Shown here one piece after another: positions 1 to 10,925 of a stretch of 64,000 bases of DNA. The stretch is from a bacterium (lineage in GTDB: Bacteria; DRYD01). The DNA lies in NCBI GenBank assembly GCA_039630415.1, contig JBCNVB010000011.1, positions 29,119 through 93,118 on the forward strand, given 5' to 3'. How positions within the stretch are numbered: position 1 is the stretch's first letter; each line of letters opens with the position of its first letter. Below the pieces are notes generated by a model that worked only from the letters and a program-made list of their open reading frames with translations, was not told the origin of the DNA and searched no databases. The position numbers and the translations under genes were made by a program.

Positions 1-975
1 TTTGATGATTATCAATTTTTTGTCAAATTTGAAAATTTACAAACTGAATTGTTATCAAACAAGGTGGAAATTGATGGTGATTTGATTTTATCTAAGAATG
101 GCTTTGTACCACCTTTTGTTAAAATTAACTCTTCTCCCGTGAAAATAGGGTATAATGGCGAAATCGTTTCAATCGTTTTTGATGTAAATGAGATAAGCAC
201 TATAAGTTTTAAATATAAGGGTAGAATAAGGGGTAGTTTTGTTATACCTTTGAAGGATATTTACTTTGGTAAAACTTTCAAGTATATTCAAATTTCTGGG
301 AATCTCCAAATGTATAAGGGTATTTTGAATTATAACCCTAGAAAGCTTAATAATCCTATATCTGGATACTTAAAATTGAATCTTAACATGATTTTTAACA
401 GAGTTAGATTCAAGAATAACATTATGGATATAGTGTTTGGTGGAAATATAAGATATTATAATGGTTACATTAACGGAGAACTTACATCTACTAAGGGATT
501 TATAAGTTTTATAGATGGAATTTACAGAGTGATTCATGCTAACTTGAACTTTATAAATGATCCAAAAGGTGAATTATATGTTCTTTTACAAAAAATGTCT
601 TCTTCTCCCTTTGATTACAGAGTAAAGATTATCAAAGGTAATATAAAGGATTTCAATCTCGCTGATTTTGGAATGAAGGATAGATTATCCTATGGGTTAG
701 ATGATGCTGGTTTAAGCTTGCAAACTTTTTCATTGTTTGATATACTTTTTATATCTTATCAAGGGTATAACATTTATAGAGAAATTTTTCCAAATGTTTT
801 TATTAGTTATTTCGGCGTTTACGGGGAAGATAGATTTAGTAAACTTGGTTATAAGTGGTACTATTCAATTGATTGGATAGTATCAAGATTTAAATTGGGC
901 GCTATATCTGTAAACTTCAAAAGCTACAGTAATGGTAGAAATAGTATAGGTTTCATTTTTGTAAGGGGATTTTAA
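1..975 (+). CDS. TamB/DUF490-like beta-rich protein, C-terminal part (frame open from base 1)
   Basis: Frame 1 has no stop from base 1 to 975; alternating hydrophobic/Gly beta-strand pattern, ends in aromatic Phe (IGFIFVRGF). Family call is by resemblance only. Confidence 0.5.
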   Translation, partial: FDDYQFFVKFENLQTELLSNKVEIDGDLILSKNGFVPPFVKINSSPVKIGYNGEIVSIVFDVNEISTISFKYKGRIRGSFVIPLKDIYFGKTFKYIQISGNLQMYKGILNYNPRKLNNPISGYLKLNLNMIFNRVRFKNNIMDIVFGGNIRYYNGYINGELTSTKGFISFIDGIYRVIHANLNFINDPKGELYVLLQKMSSSPFDYRVKIIKGNIKDFNLADFGMKDRLSYGLDDAGLSLQTFSLFDILFISYQGYNIYREIFPNVFISYFGVYGEDRFSKLGYKWYYSIDWIVSRFKLGAISVNFKSYSNGRNSIGFIFVRGF

Positions 976-1055
976 ATAATACAGTGTTTAAAGGGTTAGT
1001 TAAGAGTGTGTAGAATTACAAAAGTAGATTGAGATAATTAGAGGAGGTAAAAGTA

Positions 1056-1754
1056 ATGGTAACAACTGTAAAGGAATTACTTGAAAACGGTTGTCATTTT
1101 GGACATCCCACTAAGAAATGGAATCCTAAGATGAAAAAGTTCATCTTCACTAAAAGAGGAGGAATATACATTATTGACTTATCAAAGACTGTTACTCAAC
1201 TAACCAAAGCGTACAATTATTTAAAAGAGATGGCTTCTGAAGGTAAGACTTTTTTGGTTGTTGGTACTAAAAGACATACCAGAGATATAATCAAAAACGA
1301 AGCTAAAAAAGCAGGTATACATTTCGTCGTTGAAAGATGGATTGGTGGACTTTTTACTAACTTCCCCATAATAAGAAATAGAATAGACTACATGTTACAG
1401 CTTGAAAAAATGTTCAACGAGGGGATAATGAATAACCTACCTAAAAAAGTTGTCAAGAAATATCAAAAAGAATTGGAGTTTCTACAAGTTGAATACGAAG
1501 GTTTGAGAGATATGTACTCTTTACCCGATGTAGTATTAATAGTAGATGTTAGAAGAGAAGTAATAGCTATAGAAGAAGCAAAGAAAAAAGGTCTAAAAGT
1601 TGTTGGTATTGTGGATACTGACGGAAACCCTGAATTAGTAGATCTAGCTATTCCCTCAAATGACGATGCATTCAAATCAGTTCAGTACGTACTCGGAAAA
1701 CTAACAGATGCTATAGTAGAAGGAAAAGCTATCTACCAATCCAAAGTAGTATAA
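1056..1754 (+). CDS. rpsB: 30S ribosomal protein S2
   Basis: LLENGCHFGH..WNPKM, RWIGGLFTN, IPSNDDA motifs; SD GAGGAGG. Confidence 0.98.
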   Translation: MVTTVKELLENGCHFGHPTKKWNPKMKKFIFTKRGGIYIIDLSKTVTQLTKAYNYLKEMASEGKTFLVVGTKRHTRDIIKNEAKKAGIHFVVERWIGGLFTNFPIIRNRIDYMLQLEKMFNEGIMNNLPKKVVKKYQKELEFLQVEYEGLRDMYSLPDVVLIVDVRREVIAIEEAKKKGLKVVGIVDTDGNPELVDLAIPSNDDAFKSVQYVLGKLTDAIVEGKAIYQSKVV

Positions 1755-1770
1755 CTAAACCTCTTTTCTA

Positions 1771-2976
1771 ATGCTTTGGTTGATTTTGTTCTCACTAATA
1801 CTTTTCATCCTTTTACTACCAGCTATTGGTGCTATATTCTTGTATTTTTTCAGGAAAAACTCTCTTTTGGTTGTGGAGTTGTCCAATGTATATCCAGTAG
1901 CAAACAAGGCTTTACTTTTGGAATTTGAAGTAAAAAACCTGGGATCTTTTCATTCAATAATTCTGAACATAGATCTGAATCTATTACCTCCAATATCTTT
2001 CAAACATAAGAAAATATTGGAATCTAACTCTAACTACTTCGATACGGTAATTCTAAAATCAAACAAAGCTAAAGTTTTTAGATTTTTGTACGAATTTGAT
2101 GGGTCAATTCCTGTTGATCAAATCATATCCAATTCAAACTTAAGTGTAGGTATTATCTTAACTTACTACGATCTTAAACCAATTAGATTTATGTACAGAG
2201 AATTCAATTTGGCAAGATATCTTAGGAATAAAATTGATAGTCTTTCAGAAAATGAATTTACCTTTAATGACAGTTTAGCAAATAAAAGCATAGATATAAT
2301 AGCTAAACAGGATGTTTTTTGTTTAAAAACTCCCATAATAACTCACTTCCATACTATACAAGATTTGGTTAACTTAATTTTACAAGGTATAACCAGGGTT
2401 GAAAAAAGTAACTTAAAGAAACTAATAGTTTGCATATCAGAAAGTGTTATAGCTATAATCCAAAAAAGAACTAGATGTGTATATGATATAGAGCCCTCTG
2501 AAATAGCTCAACTTTTTAACCATTATTTTGATCAAGATAGTTCATTGTCTAGCCCTTATGGATTAGAAATGGTTCTAAGAGATATTGGTTTTGCTAGATT
2601 TTATTTTTCTTTGTATCCGGGAATTATTGGTAAATTGCTGGGTATTTCGGGAATGTTTTATGTTTTTGCTGGAAGGAAAGCGGCTGCAGTTGATGATGCA
2701 GGTGGAACTATTAGACCTTATGATAAGTATGTTGTTCTTGCACCAGAAAATACCAATCAAACGGCAAAACAAATAAAACAAAAATTAATAGAAAGTTTGA
2801 ATAGTGACATAGATTTAGAGGTTTGTATTGTGGATGCTAATGACCTTGGAAAAGTAGATATACTTGGTACTACTTCTTTTGATACTAATCAAATCGTTAT
2901 AAACAAAATAAAAACTAACCCCCAAGGAAACGATGATCAACAAACTCCTGTCGTATTTATCCCAATATATCAATAG
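1771..2976 (+). CDS. Membrane-anchored F420-0:gamma-glutamyl ligase (CofE)-like protein
   Basis: N-terminal hydrophobic helix; C-terminal KTPII, ISESVIAIIQ, AVDD.GGTI.PYD, IVDANDLG, NPQGNDDQQTP motifs. Confidence 0.7.
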   Translation: MLWLILFSLILFILLLPAIGAIFLYFFRKNSLLVVELSNVYPVANKALLLEFEVKNLGSFHSIILNIDLNLLPPISFKHKKILESNSNYFDTVILKSNKAKVFRFLYEFDGSIPVDQIISNSNLSVGIILTYYDLKPIRFMYREFNLARYLRNKIDSLSENEFTFNDSLANKSIDIIAKQDVFCLKTPIITHFHTIQDLVNLILQGITRVEKSNLKKLIVCISESVIAIIQKRTRCVYDIEPSEIAQLFNHYFDQDSSLSSPYGLEMVLRDIGFARFYFSLYPGIIGKLLGISGMFYVFAGRKAAAVDDAGGTIRPYDKYVVLAPENTNQTAKQIKQKLIESLNSDIDLEVCIVDANDLGKVDILGTTSFDTNQIVINKIKTNPQGNDDQQTPVVFIPIYQ

Positions 2977-3460
2977 TATTCTGCTAGGTTTCTTTTTCAT
3001 ATTAATTGTCTATTTGTTAATTTTTCACGATTTTGAAAATTTTTATCGAGAGGAATTAATGTCTAAAAAAGATAGAAGAATGATAAAGGTATATGTATGT
3101 GGAGAAGTAGAAAATCCTGGTGTTTATGAATTACCTGAAGGTTCGAGAGTGGAAGATGTACTGTTCATGGCTAAGGTGAAACCAACAGCTGATCTACAGT
3201 CAATAAATTTAGCCAAAAGATTGAGAGATGAAGATATGATAAGAGTTCATTCTTCTAAAGAAGTTAGTATAAAGGTAAACATAAATACTGCTAGTGAAAG
3301 AGAACTTTCTAAACTTCCTGGTATATCACCCAAAACAGCAAGAAAAATAGTACAATATAGAGAGAAGTATGGGAATTTTACAAACATTAACGAACTACTG
3401 AGAATAGATGGAATAACCGTAGAAGATTTAGAGGAAATATCAAAGTATATTCATTTTTGA
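2933..3460 (+). CDS. comEA: ComEA family DNA-binding protein (SLBB + helix-hairpin-helix)
   Basis: VYVCGEVENPGVY, INLAKRLRD, VNINTAS..EL..LPGI...A.KIV.YRE..G.F. Confidence 0.9.
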   Translation: MINKLLSYLSQYINSILLGFFFILIVYLLIFHDFENFYREELMSKKDRRMIKVYVCGEVENPGVYELPEGSRVEDVLFMAKVKPTADLQSINLAKRLRDEDMIRVHSSKEVSIKVNINTASERELSKLPGISPKTARKIVQYREKYGNFTNINELLRIDGITVEDLEEISKYIHF

Positions 3461-3471
3461 TGTTTTACTTT

Positions 3472-4779
3472 TCAGGATTGGATTAGGTTAAGAAAGGCTT
3501 GTTTTAAAGAGGGTTTATGATCGAGAAATAAAGCTTTATCCCCGTATTTGTTGATATATTCTTTTAAAAATTCCTTGGCTATTTTTTGATCTATAATAGC
3601 AAAGTGTGCGTAGTCTTTTACGGGTTCTCTGTACCATTCTTCGGGTACTTGATCATTGATTATCATCAAAAACTTTTCAGCTATTTTTTCTTCTGACCAG
3701 TTAGAAAGGATGAACTCTTGTGCTTTTTGGCCTAATTCTTCTCTATATTCTTTGTTGTTGATCATAAACTCTATAGCTTGTTCTATTTCATCTGGATGGC
3801 ATAAGTGGGATGGGGGAATAATTGAGGGTGGATGTATTTGTTTATATTTTTCCCATATATATCCACCCATTATACTTGGTTTTCCGAGAATAGCTCCTTC
3901 GGTTGCTAACCCAGTTAAAGCTACATCACTGTATAATTGATCAACTATAAAATCACATTGTTTTATATGATTTATCACTTCTTGATAAGGTTTGCCGTGT
4001 ATTTCTATATATTGAATATCTTTGTATTTTTGGCTAAGTTTTTGAATTACTTGTCTTATTTTATCTGTACCTTTACTTTCAGGTTTGGAAGGAGCATGAA
4101 GAATTTTTATTTTATCTGTTATAGTATTATCGGAATTATCTACTTTTATATTCGGGGGCATAAGACCTATGTGATGATAATCTACGTATTTTCTTGTCAG
4201 TAATTGGGATATGAAATAGTTAGATACTATGTAATCAGAATATTTTTCAATCATTTTAATTTTGTAGCTCTTTATTTTCATCATTTGGTAAGCTTTTTCC
4301 AAAGTTTTTTCTTTTTGTGATAAATCTAGTCCATATAAGTCAATGTACGTAGGTCTTGCTTCACTACCATGGAAGATACTAAAAATTATTTTCTTCTTGA
4401 AAAACTTTAGAATTGGTAAATCAAGGTTAAATGGTAAAATTGACTCTCCAAAAGTGAATATAAATACTTGATATTTCCAAATTGAGTAAAGTAGTATTAT
4501 CAACTCGAGAATTACTATTAGTATGTTAAAACAAAACCATGTAAATCTTTTTATACTTATTATACCAAGTATTCTTCTTTTTGATCTAGTTAAAAGGTAT
4601 TTGTATTTTGTTAATAGGTAAAGTAATTTTGCTAGAATGTTTGGGTAGTCATTAATTGATGAGTATTCAAATGGGTGATATTTGCAGTAATAATTAGCTT
4701 TCACATTAATTTTTTGTAAAGCCTTGCAGAGTCTAATATAATGTCCTGCTATTTCTGCTGTACCTATAAAAATTTCCAT
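3472..4779 (-). CDS. GT-B fold glycosyltransferase (GT4-like)
   Basis: FHGSEAR, ILHAPS...KGT, CDFIVDQL, GLATEGAILGKP. Confidence 0.75.
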   Translation of the reverse strand: MEIFIGTAEIAGHYIRLCKALQKINVKANYYCKYHPFEYSSINDYPNILAKLLYLLTKYKYLLTRSKRRILGIISIKRFTWFCFNILIVILELIILLYSIWKYQVFIFTFGESILPFNLDLPILKFFKKKIIFSIFHGSEARPTYIDLYGLDLSQKEKTLEKAYQMMKIKSYKIKMIEKYSDYIVSNYFISQLLTRKYVDYHHIGLMPPNIKVDNSDNTITDKIKILHAPSKPESKGTDKIRQVIQKLSQKYKDIQYIEIHGKPYQEVINHIKQCDFIVDQLYSDVALTGLATEGAILGKPSIMGGYIWEKYKQIHPPSIIPPSHLCHPDEIEQAIEFMINNKEYREELGQKAQEFILSNWSEEKIAEKFLMIINDQVPEEWYREPVKDYAHFAIIDQKIAKEFLKEYINKYGDKALFLDHKPSLKQAFLNLIQS

Positions 4780-4872
4780 ATGTATACTAATTCCTTTGCT
4801 GTGTATAGACTCCTACTTAAATCCTGTTATTTTTAGAGGTAGAGATATTCCTTAGGTAGAAAAGATTTTTAT

Positions 4873-5451
4873 ATGAGTATTTTTAAAAAGATCTTTGATG
4901 AGCTTGATGAATACGATATAAAAGCTAGAAAGACAGATATTAAAAAATTCCTCAAAGTTTTTTTAGATACCCTACATGTTCTATTCAAAATGAAAAAGAG
5001 AAAATACAATAGGGTTCTTCCTTTAGGGGATTATTTTGTAGATAGATGGGAGAAGGCAAAATTTTTAGGTTTTGGTGAAAACACAAGCGTCTATGACAAT
5101 GTTATAATTATAGGTGATGTCAAGGTAGGAAGTAATACTTGGATAGGACCAAATGTTATTCTGGACGGTAGTGGGGGATTAGAAATAGGTTCTAACTGTT
5201 CTATTTCTGCTGGGGTACAAATATACACTCATGATAGTGTTAAGTGGGCTATTAGTGGCGGAAAAGAAAAATATGAATATTCTAAAACTATAATAGAAGA
5301 TAACTGCTATATAGGACCATATGTAGTCATTACTAAGGGAGTAAGAATCGGTAAAGGATCAGTAATAGGTGCTTTTAGCTTGGTAAACAAGGATATACCT
5401 CCTAATTCCAAAGCTTTTGGAATACCAGCAAAGGTGGTTGAGAAAATATGA
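4873..5451 (+). CDS. Hexapeptide-repeat (left-handed beta-helix) acyltransferase
   Basis: Repeated [IV]G.NxxI hexapeptides, IYTHD, C-terminal GIPAKV. Confidence 0.9.
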   Translation: MSIFKKIFDELDEYDIKARKTDIKKFLKVFLDTLHVLFKMKKRKYNRVLPLGDYFVDRWEKAKFLGFGENTSVYDNVIIIGDVKVGSNTWIGPNVILDGSGGLEIGSNCSISAGVQIYTHDSVKWAISGGKEKYEYSKTIIEDNCYIGPYVVITKGVRIGKGSVIGAFSLVNKDIPPNSKAFGIPAKVVEKI

Positions 5452-6140
5452 ACGATATATTTAGTATTCTCAACAACTTTACCAAACTTCAGGATAATTT
5501 ATTTATTCATATAAATGATCATGAACGATATAGTGCTTTACATAACATATCTGACAGATTTTATTCCAAGTGGAACCAACATATTCGAGATCTCAATATT
5601 GAAAGTATTATTGATCAAACAAGAAAAAGGTTTTTGAACTTGTATGGTTTTAAAGATGAAACTGATTTAACTAGTTTTTTATCAGATAAAAGTTTAATTT
5701 TTGATGCTGGTTGTGGCTAGGGATTTAAAACTTCATGGGTAGCTAAGCTGAGTCCTACGTCTATTGTCATAGGAAAGGATATAAACAATCTTTTTTTTTG
5801 TTAAAGGTGATATTTCACAAACAAAATTCCCAGATAATTGTTTTGATTTGATAATTTGTGATCAGGTTCTTGCTGAAACAATTGATCCTAATCAAACTCT
5901 TAGAGAATTGACTAGGATCACAAAAATTAACGGATATATACTTACATTGGCGTATTGTAAAAAATCTATACCAAGAGAAATGATGGATGAATATTGCAAA
6001 AAAAAATCCCTGTATCTATCTGATCAAGAAATTATGGATTTTTGTATGTAATTAACTCGTTTAGGGCACATACTGAGTGACTTAAACATAACGTTAGATT
6101 TTCCTGATATACCTCTACTTGGTATAATTGGATCAAAATA
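5448..6140 (+). pseudogene. Disrupted class I SAM-dependent methyltransferase
   Basis: Motif I reads DAGCG*GFK (in-frame TAG 5718-5720); extra T in T9 run 5791-5799 before VKGDI..FPDNCFDLIICDQVL; further stops at 6049-6051 and near 6140. Confidence 0.8.
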
Positions 6141-6693
6141 AATATACTGAAGAAGAATTTAAGGAAATGATGTGTAAGGTTAAAGAAAAAAGCTAGCATT
6201 TTATTGATTCTACTAGTTCTATAAAAAAATTTCTTATGCCATATTTAGGTATATGTGTATTGGATGGAAATTGAAAACTTTCAAGCCAGTATAGTTTAAG
6301 TAGTCATCAATCTTGTATTTCTTCGAGGTTAGCAAGTATATATCATCTTTCCAAAAATACGGGACTTTTATAATGTTGGGTATAAAGTATTTGAAAGGTT
6401 TAAGCATTATGTCTGAGGAAAATGGAATATATGTATTTTGAATTTTGAATGATTAAGTGTGACCTAACACTTACAGCTTTTGGAACTATCAATAAGTAGT
6501 GATCAACTACTTCTTTGAAATTCTTACCATACTTGTAATTCCCTTCTAGGGGGTATTAAAAAACATCTATTTTATGAGTTTTCAATTTTTTGTTAGCTTC
6601 AAATCTTTTATTTTATATCGTGTTTGTATTTGTTCATTCAAAATATCGGCTTATGAAGGTTATTATTTGAGGATTATTTAATTAATTTATTGT

Positions 6694-7671
6694 ATGGATC
6701 GAATAGATGGTAGTAGAATTTTAGTAATAGGTGGAGCAGGGTTTATAGGTAGCTTTGTAGTTGAATACTTACTAAAGGAAAAAGTCAAGGAAGTTATTAT
6801 ATATGATAACTTTACACGGGGTAAGCTGGAAAATATTAGTGAATATTTGAAAGATCCTCGATGTTATGTTTTACCCTATGGGGGAGATATCAGGGATGTG
6901 GATGTTTTAGATAAGGCATTTGAAGGAGTAGATTATGTTTTTCATTTGGCAGCTATGTGGTTACTACATTGTATTGATTTTCCAAGAACTGCTTTTGAAG
7001 TAAATGTGCAGGGAACTTTCAATGTTTTGGAAATGTGTGTAAAACATAAGGTGAAAAAGCTAATTTTTAGTTCTTCTGCTTCTGTTTATGGTGATGCTAT
7101 TGAAGTACCTATGACTGAAAATCATCCTTTTAATAACAAAAACTTTTATGGTGCTACTAAAATAGCTGGAGAAGCAATGATAACTGCATTCCACTATAGA
7201 TACGGCTTAAACGCTATAGGTTTAAGATATATGAACATATATGGACCAAGGCAAGATGAAAAAGGTGCTTATACAGGTCTAATACCTACGGTACTAAAAA
7301 AGATAGATAAAAAAGAACCAATAATCATAAATGGAGATGGTTCGCAAGCTTATGATTTTGTTTATGTCAAGGATGCAGCTAGAGCTAACATATGTGCTCT
7401 AAAATCTGATGTAAAATTTGGATTCTATAACGTAGCAACTGGTATACAAACTACAGTAAAACAACTGGTAGATATTATCCTTAATCTTACTAAATCAGAT
7501 TCACAGATAATATACAGGCCTTATGATGAATCGGATCAAAGACAATTTGTAAAAAACAGAATAGGTTCTCCTGATAAAGCAAAGAAAGAAATAGGATTTG
7601 TGGCTGAGTATACATTAGAACAGGGAATAAAAGAATATCTGGAATGGAGGAAAAATCAATCACATGGTTAA
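6694..7671 (+). CDS. NAD-dependent sugar epimerase/dehydratase
   Basis: GGAGFIGS, FSSSASVYG, YGATK, RYMNIYGP. Confidence 0.93.
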   Translation: MDRIDGSRILVIGGAGFIGSFVVEYLLKEKVKEVIIYDNFTRGKLENISEYLKDPRCYVLPYGGDIRDVDVLDKAFEGVDYVFHLAAMWLLHCIDFPRTAFEVNVQGTFNVLEMCVKHKVKKLIFSSSASVYGDAIEVPMTENHPFNNKNFYGATKIAGEAMITAFHYRYGLNAIGLRYMNIYGPRQDEKGAYTGLIPTVLKKIDKKEPIIINGDGSQAYDFVYVKDAARANICALKSDVKFGFYNVATGIQTTVKQLVDIILNLTKSDSQIIYRPYDESDQRQFVKNRIGSPDKAKKEIGFVAEYTLEQGIKEYLEWRKNQSHG

Positions 7672-8905
7672 GATGAATATACCAATATGTTTACCTTATC
7701 TTGATCAAGAGGAAGTGGAAGCTGTAAAACAGGTTATAACAAGTGGATGGTTAGTTCAAGGTCCTAAAACTAAAGAATTTGAAGAACTCTTTAAAAAGTA
7801 TACTAATTCTAAATATGCTATTGCTGTTAGTAGCTGTACAACTGCTCTTCACTTAAGTTTAGAAGCCCTAGAAGTTATAAATTCTAAAGTTATAGTTCCA
7901 TCTTTCACTTTTATAGCTACTGCTAACTCAGTTGAGTACACCAATAGTGAAGTTGTTTTCTGTGATATTAACCTGTATACGTTTAACATTGAAGAAAAAG
8001 AAATTGTAAAAATATTAGAAATCCAAAAAGGTATAAAAGCGGTAATACCTGTTAACTTGTTTGGTTTATGTGCTAATTTACCAGAAATAGTTAAAATAGC
8101 GAATAGTTATGGAATTAAGGTTGTTGAAGATTGTGCTTGTAGTTTTGGAGGATATATCAATGGTATTCATTCTGGTAATTTTGGTGATACTGGTTGTTTT
8201 TCTTTCCATCCAAGAAAGGCTATAACCACCGGTGAAGGAGGAATGATTATAACCAACAATGAGGAAGTATATCAAAAAATAATAAGATTAAGAAATCATG
8301 GAGCTGAAATTTCTGATTATCAAAGACATGTTAATCAATATTCTTTCCTTTTACCGGAGTATAACTTAAGAGGATATAACTATAGAATGACAGATATTCA
8401 AGCTTCAATAGGTATTTGTCAGCTCAAGAAAGCTTCCTATATTCTTGAAAGAAGGGAACAAATAGCAAACAAGTACATACAATTTCTTAGGAATAACTCC
8501 TACAAAGGCAAAAGTTTAGAAAAATACTTTAGATTACCTACTATTCCTGAAGGATACACGCATGGATATCAGAGTTTTGTTTGTATCTTTTGCCCAGAAG
8601 AAGTAATATTTGACCCAAAGACGAGTATTTCAGACAAAATGAATATAACAACTGAATGGAATGTTAAAAGAAATCAACTAATGTATGAGCTTGAGAAAAT
8701 GGGTATTTCTACAAGGCAGGGAACGCATGCAGTTCACACTCTTGGATATTACAAGAGGAAATATGATCTAAAACCAGAAGATTATATCAATTCCTACATT
8801 GCTGATAGACTTTCTATAGCTTTACCTCTTTATCCCCAACTAAATGACGATCAAATTGAATATATTTGCAACTGCTTACTTAGATGCATGGATAAGGTAA
8901 TATAG
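7664..8905 (+). CDS. DegT/DnrJ/EryC1/StrS PLP-dependent sugar aminotransferase
   Basis: SSCTTALH, VEDCAC, FSFHPRKAITTGEGG, GYNYRMTD. Confidence 0.93.
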   Translation: MVKMNIPICLPYLDQEEVEAVKQVITSGWLVQGPKTKEFEELFKKYTNSKYAIAVSSCTTALHLSLEALEVINSKVIVPSFTFIATANSVEYTNSEVVFCDINLYTFNIEEKEIVKILEIQKGIKAVIPVNLFGLCANLPEIVKIANSYGIKVVEDCACSFGGYINGIHSGNFGDTGCFSFHPRKAITTGEGGMIITNNEEVYQKIIRLRNHGAEISDYQRHVNQYSFLLPEYNLRGYNYRMTDIQASIGICQLKKASYILERREQIANKYIQFLRNNSYKGKSLEKYFRLPTIPEGYTHGYQSFVCIFCPEEVIFDPKTSISDKMNITTEWNVKRNQLMYELEKMGISTRQGTHAVHTLGYYKRKYDLKPEDYINSYIADRLSIALPLYPQLNDDQIEYICNCLLRCMDKVI

Positions 8906-10915
8906 ATGTGTGGAATTTGTGGAGTAGTTTCCCTTGAAAATAAGTCGGTAAATGTAGACATTGTTAAAGGAATGGTAGATATTTTGGAACACAGGGGACC
9001 TGATGATAGTGGATATTTGTTTTTTCATACTGGAGCAAGACATAATCCTCAAATATGTTTCTATCTAAATCTTACTGACCAAAAGTTCAGGGACTATAAT
9101 CAAACCCTAAGTACCATTCAGTCAAATGAAGTGCAAAAAGAATTACATGAACATGACTATGATTTATTTTTGGGGTTTAGGAGATTGGCTATACTTGACT
9201 TATCATCAGCAGGACACCAACCTTTTTCTGACTTATCTAGAAATATTTGGCTCGTGTTTAATGGTGAAATATACAATTACCAACAGATCAGAGATGAATT
9301 AAAAACTTTGCGTCATAGATTTAAAAGTAATTGTGATACAGAAGTGATCGTGTATTCATATGTTGAGTGGGGAATAGATTGCGTATCTAAGTTTAATGGT
9401 ATGTTTGCTTTTGCAATATATAACAATTTCAAGAAAAAATTATATCTTGTAAGGGATAGGTGTGGAATCAAACCTTTATATTGGACTTATAAAAATGGTA
9501 ACATTATATTTGCTAGTGAAATTAAATCAATACTGGTTTATCTGAATTGGGCATTTGATATTGATTATCAGTCTTTGATGGAATACTTTACCTTCCAGAA
9601 TTTTTTACATAACAAAACCTTGTACAAGGATATACATATTTTGGAACCTGGAACTTATTTGGAAGTAGATCTGATTACTAAAAAGTTTCATTCGTATAAG
9701 TACTGGGACTTTAACTTTTTTTCATACATAGATTTTTCTTTGAAAAAACAGAAAGTTATTGATTATTTATACGATGTTTTACAAGAAACTATAAAAAGGC
9801 AACTTATTTCTGATGTTGAGGTTGGAAGTTACTTAAGTGGTGGTATAGATACTGGTTTAGTGGTTTACTTTGCTTCTAAGCTCTATAAACCTGGACCATT
9901 AAAAACTTTTACGATAGGATTTGATACAACTACTGCCAGTGGATTAGAGCTGAATTTTGATGAAAGGAAAATAGCTGAATACATGTCTTATCTGTTCCGT
10001 ACAGAACATTATGAGATGGTTCTTAAAGCAAGGGATATGGAGAGATGTATTGAGAAATTGGTTTATCATCTTGAAGAACCTAGGGTAGGACAGAGTTATC
10101 CAAATTTTTATGCTTCCAAATTAGCTTCTAAGTTTGTCAAGGTAGTTCTTAGTGGTGTAGGTGGTGATGAACTATTTGGAGGATACACTTGGAGGTATCT
10201 TAGTTTCCAAAACTCTAAATCTATTCAACAATTCATAAATAACTATTACTCTTATTGGCAAAGAGTTTTAACTAATCAGGATTTGCTAAAGATCTTTGAT
10301 TCAATTGCTGATGAATCTACTTTGAGCTATATCTATGAATCTTTCTTATCTGTTTTTGGGGACATGCTCGAGCTTAAAGGTAAAAAGATAGATTATCAAA
10401 CTATGTTACTTTTGTCTTTCTATTTTGAGTGTAAAACTTTTTTGCATGGTTTATTGGTTGTAGAGGATAAGATATCTATGGCTCATAGTATAGAAGAAAG
10501 GGTACCATTACTTGATAATGAGGTTATTGATCTTGCTGTTAAAATATCTCCCTATCTCAAGGTAGAACAATTTTCTGATGAATTAGTGGATGAGAATCTA
10601 CTTGTACATTCACCAAAAAAACTAAAAGGTAAATATATTTTAAGGCTACTTGCTGATAAACTTATAGGTTCAAAAGTTTCTAGATTAAGAAAACAAGGTT
10701 TTTCTGCACCTGATGGAAGCTGGTTTAAAGGAGATAGCATTAATTTTATTAGGAGAGTGCTTTTGAATAAAAATGCCAGGATATATAACTTTGCTAATAA
10801 AAAGTGTGTAGAACAACTCATAGAGGAACATATAACTGGTAAAAAAAATAGAAGACTTCTAATATGGAGTTTACTATACTTTGAATACTGGCTAAAAATA
10901 TACTGTAAGCTATAG
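8906..10915 (+). CDS. asnB: Asparagine synthase (glutamine-hydrolysing) family amidotransferase, probably sugar amidation
   Basis: N-terminal MCGI, HRGPD, FNGEIYN, LSGGIDT, LSGVGGDELFGGY, KQGF; located in a polysaccharide cluster. Confidence 0.9.
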   Translation: MCGICGVVSLENKSVNVDIVKGMVDILEHRGPDDSGYLFFHTGARHNPQICFYLNLTDQKFRDYNQTLSTIQSNEVQKELHEHDYDLFLGFRRLAILDLSSAGHQPFSDLSRNIWLVFNGEIYNYQQIRDELKTLRHRFKSNCDTEVIVYSYVEWGIDCVSKFNGMFAFAIYNNFKKKLYLVRDRCGIKPLYWTYKNGNIIFASEIKSILVYLNWAFDIDYQSLMEYFTFQNFLHNKTLYKDIHILEPGTYLEVDLITKKFHSYKYWDFNFFSYIDFSLKKQKVIDYLYDVLQETIKRQLISDVEVGSYLSGGIDTGLVVYFASKLYKPGPLKTFTIGFDTTTASGLELNFDERKIAEYMSYLFRTEHYEMVLKARDMERCIEKLVYHLEEPRVGQSYPNFYASKLASKFVKVVLSGVGGDELFGGYTWRYLSFQNSKSIQQFINNYYSYWQRVLTNQDLLKIFDSIADESTLSYIYESFLSVFGDMLELKGKKIDYQTMLLLSFYFECKTFLHGLLVVEDKISMAHSIEERVPLLDNEVIDLAVKISPYLKVEQFSDELVDENLLVHSPKKLKGKYILRLLADKLIGSKVSRLRKQGFSAPDGSWFKGDSINFIRRVLLNKNARIYNFANKKCVEQLIEEHITGKKNRRLLIWSLLYFEYWLKIYCKL

Positions 10916-10925
10916 GTGTACAAAA

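Noticed and set aside
5718-5720. In-frame TAG in the methyltransferase SAM motif as pyrrolysine or readthrough
   Set aside because: The same gene has a frameshift and more stops downstream, and no pyl genes are in the window; simple decay explains it.
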